Assembly (NCBI GenBank): GCA_030141605.1
Contig: JAQGDQ010002372.1
Coordinates: forward strand, 372,001 to 436,000
DNA length: 64,000 nucleotides
From: Tubiluchus corallicola
Lineage: Eukaryota > Animalia > Priapulida
Reading direction: 5' to 3'
Part shown: positions 59,301 through 64,000 of the stretch, piece by piece
Position numbering within the stretch: the stretch's first letter is position 1
Layout: every line of letters starts with the position of its first letter
Made by a program: the position numbers and the translations under genes
The notes under the pieces: model-generated
What the model was told of the DNA's origin: nothing
What the model saw: only the letters and a program-made list of their open reading frames with translations
The model's database searches: none

Positions 59301-62300
59301 CCCATTCCAGCCTGCATTTTTGCTACATCACTGAAATTATGCAAAATCAAAATTCAATGGTGATTTTGCTAGGCAATTTATTAGTAATTTTAGGGTTCCT
59401 GTGCAACAGATAAAAATTCAGCGCTAGCAAGCAAACTTTAACAAAGTGCTACCTATTGCTGTTAGAAAGTCTTTAAATACCTTGGTTATGTTCCTTTTTA
59501 AATGGCAGGGAAATGTGTAAAAATTAATGACAGATTTCTTGAACCATTTAGGCTTCATAGTGAAGTCTCATTAAGGATCTATGGCACTCAAAATTATAAT
59601 TAATGAAATTGTCAGTCACTACAGTCTGATATTGTTTTAAAGGACGCAAATTTTCCCATAGTAGACCATGAGAAGCTATTTAAAACAAACTTAAAGTGCG
59701 ATATTTAAGTTGAAGATTTTAATCTAAAAAGCTGTTAGCAGATTGTTCATTTTAAGGCTTCAGAGATGTTCAGAGGCAACGAATACAGATAAAGTTAAAG
59801 CATATATTACACACAATTGTCCCAATTAATTTAGGCAGTTGCTGCCTGGCACTCTAGTATTGTTGCTTTACAACCTAAAGAACTTGAAAAATGTCAACAA
59901 AGGGTGTGCAGAATGTCACAGTCTGTCAAGACAGAAAGTATCAAAATGCACCTGCTCATTTAAAACTGGAATTACTGAAAGAACGGCAAACTGAACTGTA
60001 TTTAAAAATTCGAAGCAAATTAGAAAATTCAAGGCATGGCAATTTAATTCCAGCAGCAAGAGAACAAGCAGGCCTAAGATCGACTAGAAAGAAAGAAAAA
60101 TATATTGAAGCAAAATAAGCAAAATGTAGAATTGATAGATGTTATACATCACCTTTACAATATTTAACTAGATTACTCAACGGCAAACATTAAAGAAAAT
60201 CAAGTGAAATTGTTTGGAAAATTTTATTAATTTTTTTTAATGGCTGACATGCATAACTCGTATTTGAACTGATATATGATTGTTTCTTTCAAACATGTAC
60301 TTTTATGAAAGCTGTGTGGAAAATTAATATTGTTTAGCAAATTATTGTAGCCTTTTAATTTTATTTATTTACTTTACAATCTGTAAATACCACAGTAAAA
60401 TTCAGTTTTTTAACTGTAATCAGGGTTTGTTTTAATAAACTTACTTACTTACTTATTAATAGCTTCAAATTGCAAAATATTTTCTTTGTAAAAAAATAAT
60501 GCCAAATTTTGAAACAGTCGGCACTTTTACCCTTCGAAATAGGAATGTGATGGCAAAAAACAAACAAACAAACATGAGCTTAGTGATATGGATATAGACC
60601 AGAAAGGAGAACAGCATTTTAACTAAACAGTAATTTTTAGTTAACTACCGAGATTGTGCAAAAAAAAACAATAGCTTCCCAAAATAAAAGCAACTGAAAG
60701 GCTTACGAATCGTCAAAGATGAATCACTCACTAGCCCTCAAAATACAGCAATTAAGAAAAATGGTTCCCACAAAAAAGACAAGCCTTTCTTTCTGCCACA
60801 TCTCTACATACACTTTCAAGAAATAAAAACAACATACTCAGATAATCTAGTGCTTAAACCACCAGAATGATGAATGTCAAACCATCCTATCTGTTGCCGC
60901 ATGACGGCCTCAAAAAACTTCACTCGAATCACATTTATTTGCCTTTCAGCTGCCATAGCCCAGAATGAAACCTGTCATAAAATACAAATTTATTTCAAGG
61001 CATCCTAAATCACAAATAGACTTTTTAACAATTACTCTACAATTATTGCTTACATTTTTATAATTAAAGATCCTGATTATAATTATACTACCATCTGTAC
61101 CTATAAGTATACTATTTCTTTATGAAGATAGATAAGAACAGACTAGATGACATCAGTAAGCTGATGCAGTCTTGGGTATGCTGACGAAAAATAGTAAACG
61201 TAAAAGTACAGCAAACTAAACATTTTTGCTACTTTAATAAAATAAAGTAATCTTAATATATCTAATTTATCTATTGGCAATTAAACAGGCACCAAATTAT
61301 GGATAAGCTTGTTCAATCTTAAGAAGTGCTAGTGTAACTCTTGATGTGCACCTGCATGTAGCCAAAAAGTAAAACACCCGCTCCAATGGCGGCATAGTAA
61401 ATGGAGAACATTCTCATCTGATCCATCAATGCATCTGAACCACAAATTTCATCCGGCTCATACGGTAGCTGACTGGTAAGATTTGCTGGCAGAGTGTCAT
61501 ACAACGAAGAATTTAGAAACTTATCCACACATGAACAATCATCTGCTGCCAGATTACATCCAAAAAGTTCGTTAAACCATTCTACAGATCTAAGAATATA
61601 CAAAAATGCATCAATGTTTAACTGAAAGCCCAACTAAAACAGAAATGTCTGAGAAAATGAAAATTGAGAAACGGTACTGCTGCGTGACATTGGCAATGAA
61701 GGACAAAGCCTCGATAAATTTTTAGTTCACAGTTTTAAATTTCAATTTTATCCAACGCTAATGTGTGATTTCACAAAATTGCCTTGGCATTATGACTGGG
61801 TTTAGCTTCTGCTACTCCAGTATAGCACTTACTTTTGCACAATGAGTTTCCATGAGGCAGGCACTTTTGTCTAACTAAACAGGTATTGGCGATATGATGC
61901 AATACTAAAATTAGATTTCACAATATTTCTTAAGCATAAGTCATTCTTAGAAAACAAAACATTTTTTCTCTTTTAGCATTTTAGAATGTAAATTATTTAT
62001 GTAAATGTAAGAATGTAAGTCATTTATCTATATAGCATGCTGATACGAAGTGCTTCAGTATTAAGATATAATTGTTTGGTGATAATTACAACTGGCAAGC
62101 AAGAAATAAGTTAATGCATCATTTTTGGACGATGAAGTAATAATTTAATAAAAATGTAAAGTCTGTCAAAATAGCATGAAGTCTCTTCTATGGTTACAGT
62201 TATTTTATTATAGTAATTATAACTATACATTATAAGGACTAAATTGCTTACCTCTCACCTCTTTATTTGATGTTTTTAAAAGTATAATAATTAGCACTCA

Positions 62301-62540
62301 TACAGCACACATAAGTGTAGCTGCAGCCTGCTCTATAAAGATGTGTATCAAATACCTGTTGCGCGATTCAAGACCTTCGACCAAATAGTCTACTAAATTT
62401 GGCCATATTTCATTTAGTACAAAGGAGTCAGTCATATCTCCAAAAACAATAACCATCAAAGGTAAAGCTGCTCCATGGCATAATGCTCCAAAAGTGCCCA
62501 AAAACATGAACAACTTGTCCCACACATCAGCAAAACGAAA
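41312..62540 (-). CDS. ABCB1: ABC transporter subfamily B full transporter (ABCB1/MDR1/P-glycoprotein-like), 5'-partial, 24 exons, about 1300 aa in window
   Basis: Exons in transcript order: 62540-62356, 61589-61352, 60971-60838, 59330-59159, 57953-57829, 56815-56641, 56369-56256, 54243-54133, 53619-53494, 53171-52968, 52457-52287, 52151-51990, 51791-51603, 49544-49392, 49216-49112, 48789-48628, 47963-47760, 47327-47227, 46549-46409, 45852-45696, 45157-44960, 44359-44153, 42601-42455, 41533-41312 (3903 nt, open frame). There are two TMDs and two intact NBDs: Walker [10 protein letters not shown] and [10 protein letters not shown]-loop VSQEPVLF, signature [15 protein letters not shown], Walker [13 protein letters not shown]-loop IAHRLSTI. 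Exact orthology within ABCB1/4/5/11 needs a phylogeny. Confidence 0.95.
41822..41883. repeat. Tandem duplication (period about 31)
   Basis: ttatttaactagttgagttcctaaggaaaat / ttatttaactagttgaagtcctgaggaaaat. Confidence 0.85.
46963..47031. repeat. Compound microsatellite (AAC)n + (GCAC)/(CA)n
   Basis: Seen directly: caacaacaac...acgcgcacgcacgagcacgcacatgcacacacacacac. Confidence 0.9.
49765..50053. mobile_element. Second copy of the Kolobok/T2-type element arm, in an ABCB intron
   Basis: Collinear with 5751-6042 and ending in the same cctgtcttcctttaa terminus. A more eroded third copy ends near 36030 (atatgaaaaatcatcctgtttactttag). Confidence 0.7.
51420..51525. mobile_element. Fragment of an ATCGG-repeat MITE end
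   Basis: Clustered atcgg/atcggtatcgg subterminal-type motifs ending tatcggcacatctct, in an otherwise CpG-poor intron, followed by a short (CTAGT)n run. Confidence 0.4.
53285..53323. repeat. Perfect short tandem duplication (period 20)
   Basis: gcccatcaactgctgaggg occurs twice, separated by 1 nt. Confidence 0.9.
55575..56060 (-). repeat. Interspersed repeat copy interrupted by the hAT MITE
   Basis: Segments 55575-55630 and 55959-56060 join to match 11293-11452 in reverse orientation. Confidence 0.8.
55639..55950. mobile_element. hAT-type (Charlie/Buster-like) MITE, 312 bp, with perfect 8-bp TSD
   Basis: TIRs CAGTGGTTCCCAAA and TTTGGAAACCACTG. TSD GCTAAAGC at 55631-55638 and 55951-55958. Multiple subterminal GGGGTAA repeats at both ends. 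Confidence 0.93.
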
Positions 62541-64000
62541 CTATAACAAATTACAAAAAAAAAACACAAATAAAAGCTTGCTAGACATTATTTATTATTT
62601 TACTTGGCCATTTTATGCAACAAAGTTAGCAAATACAGGGAAAATTTTACTTTAAAAATGATTAGCGGTAACTGCTAATCAAAATCTATTTTGTATAGTA
62701 AGTTTTTTGTGCAGCATTTTTCAAAACAAGTAACTGTTATTACTTCTGCTTGCAAATTCGCATTTATTATGATAGGTTAATACTACACACATTAATGCAA
62801 TAAAAAATGCAAAAAACAATAATTGATCTAGAAACATGATTATAAAATTATTTAAGATCGTTCTGTGAGGATCTTAAGGCGATTTTAAAAAATTTCGTAA
62901 ATTTGTAATGTTCGAAGACCTTTTCAAGTGTTTCTGCACTTTTGTAAACAAATGGCAACAAATGCACAGCAATCAGCTGAAATTACGTAGCAAAATGCTA
63001 TGGGCTACCACATAACATTTTCACTGCAAATACACGAGACAATCACAAGCGCTTACACATAACTCTATAGAAGTCTCGCTCTTAACCAGTGCATTTATAA
63101 AATAGTAGAAAACTAATGACATTGATTTACACTTTCTTTATAGGCAATACATTGTCCAAACTAGAAATTTACAATATTTTTTATGAACAATATACCTATT
63201 GTATATTTCAATTATTTAGTTATGTACACAAGTTTAAAAACACACATAGTAGAACATTTTCTTAATTTGTTTGGTGTCGCAACACCTCCAAAATCTGTAG
63301 AACTAAAAGAGACAGTGTCCTTAGATTGGGTTAGAAACATCTAATACTAACAGTTACTATCCTAGCACTAAGCAGAATTGACACTGCACTATTTTAGACC
63401 TCTTCTAACTGACATATGAGCTACAGTTATTAAATGTGTTACAGTGAGCATCAAAACTTTTCTATTCAACACGTAAATGTTTAGTGACACACTAAAGAGT
63501 AAGTGCAATAAATATGCATCATAGTGATTAACCTTTGCATCATTTAATAAATATGTACATGTCCAAATAAGTTGGAAGTTCTCTACGATTTTTGTACAAT
63601 GTGATCCGTAAAAAGTAATGAATTGTACATCTTGATGAAAGTGACCATGAATGTCCCTAACACTAGAATAATTCTTATTTAGTGGTTTATTTATTTTATT
63701 AGGTTACTCAATTACAGTTGCAAAATTTCATAATATTCTAAATGGCTTATACTAGGCACCATTGGATTTTTGCAATTATTGTAAAAATTAAATCACAGTA
63801 GTAATCAAAAACATAAAAACTGCTCAATGCTCACTTAGGAAACGTTTTTCAACCTAAAATATAAGGCCAGATAGCTACAAAATGTTTCACCAAATACAAT
63901 AATTCATTTAGCATTACAAACAGAGAAGCTTAACTAAAGAACGTTAATGATGTCTTTAGTTTTATAATTGAAATATCGATAACTAGTTCATCAGTTTCCC

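Noticed and set aside
63835-63853. Possible 19-nt ABCB micro-exon on the minus strand (ttttag|GTTGAAAAACGTTTCCTAA|gtgagc)
   Set aside because: The only stop-free frame ends in phase 1, whereas the next exon (62540) starts in phase 0. Unsupported without transcripts.

Overview
AT-rich, intron-rich animal (probably invertebrate) genomic DNA; the species cannot be assigned from this window. Three spliced genes were reconstructed by hand, with GT-AG boundaries and consistent phase throughout. (1) The 3' part of a PHLPP-like gene (+, 17 exons, 16469-29546; LRRs, degenerate PP2C domain, C-terminal DTRL PDZ ligand). It is preceded by more than 16 kb of CpG-rich non-coding DNA, probably a large intron. 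(2) A complete proteasome alpha-type subunit gene PSMA7 (+, 6 exons, 31459-38443, 251 aa). (3) A nearly complete ABCB1/P-glycoprotein-like full transporter (-, 24 exons, 62540-41312; N-terminal exon(s) not found). The introns carry three L2/CR1-group LINE remnants, two Tc1/mariner transposase relics and several MITE families. I found no clearly new biological system. The best leads are the eroded metal site of the PHLPP PP2C domain, a long four-Cys extracellular loop in the ABCB protein, a sharp CpG-density boundary near 16.5 kb, a perfect ARE in PSMA7 intron 1, and a LINE tail abutting a splice acceptor.
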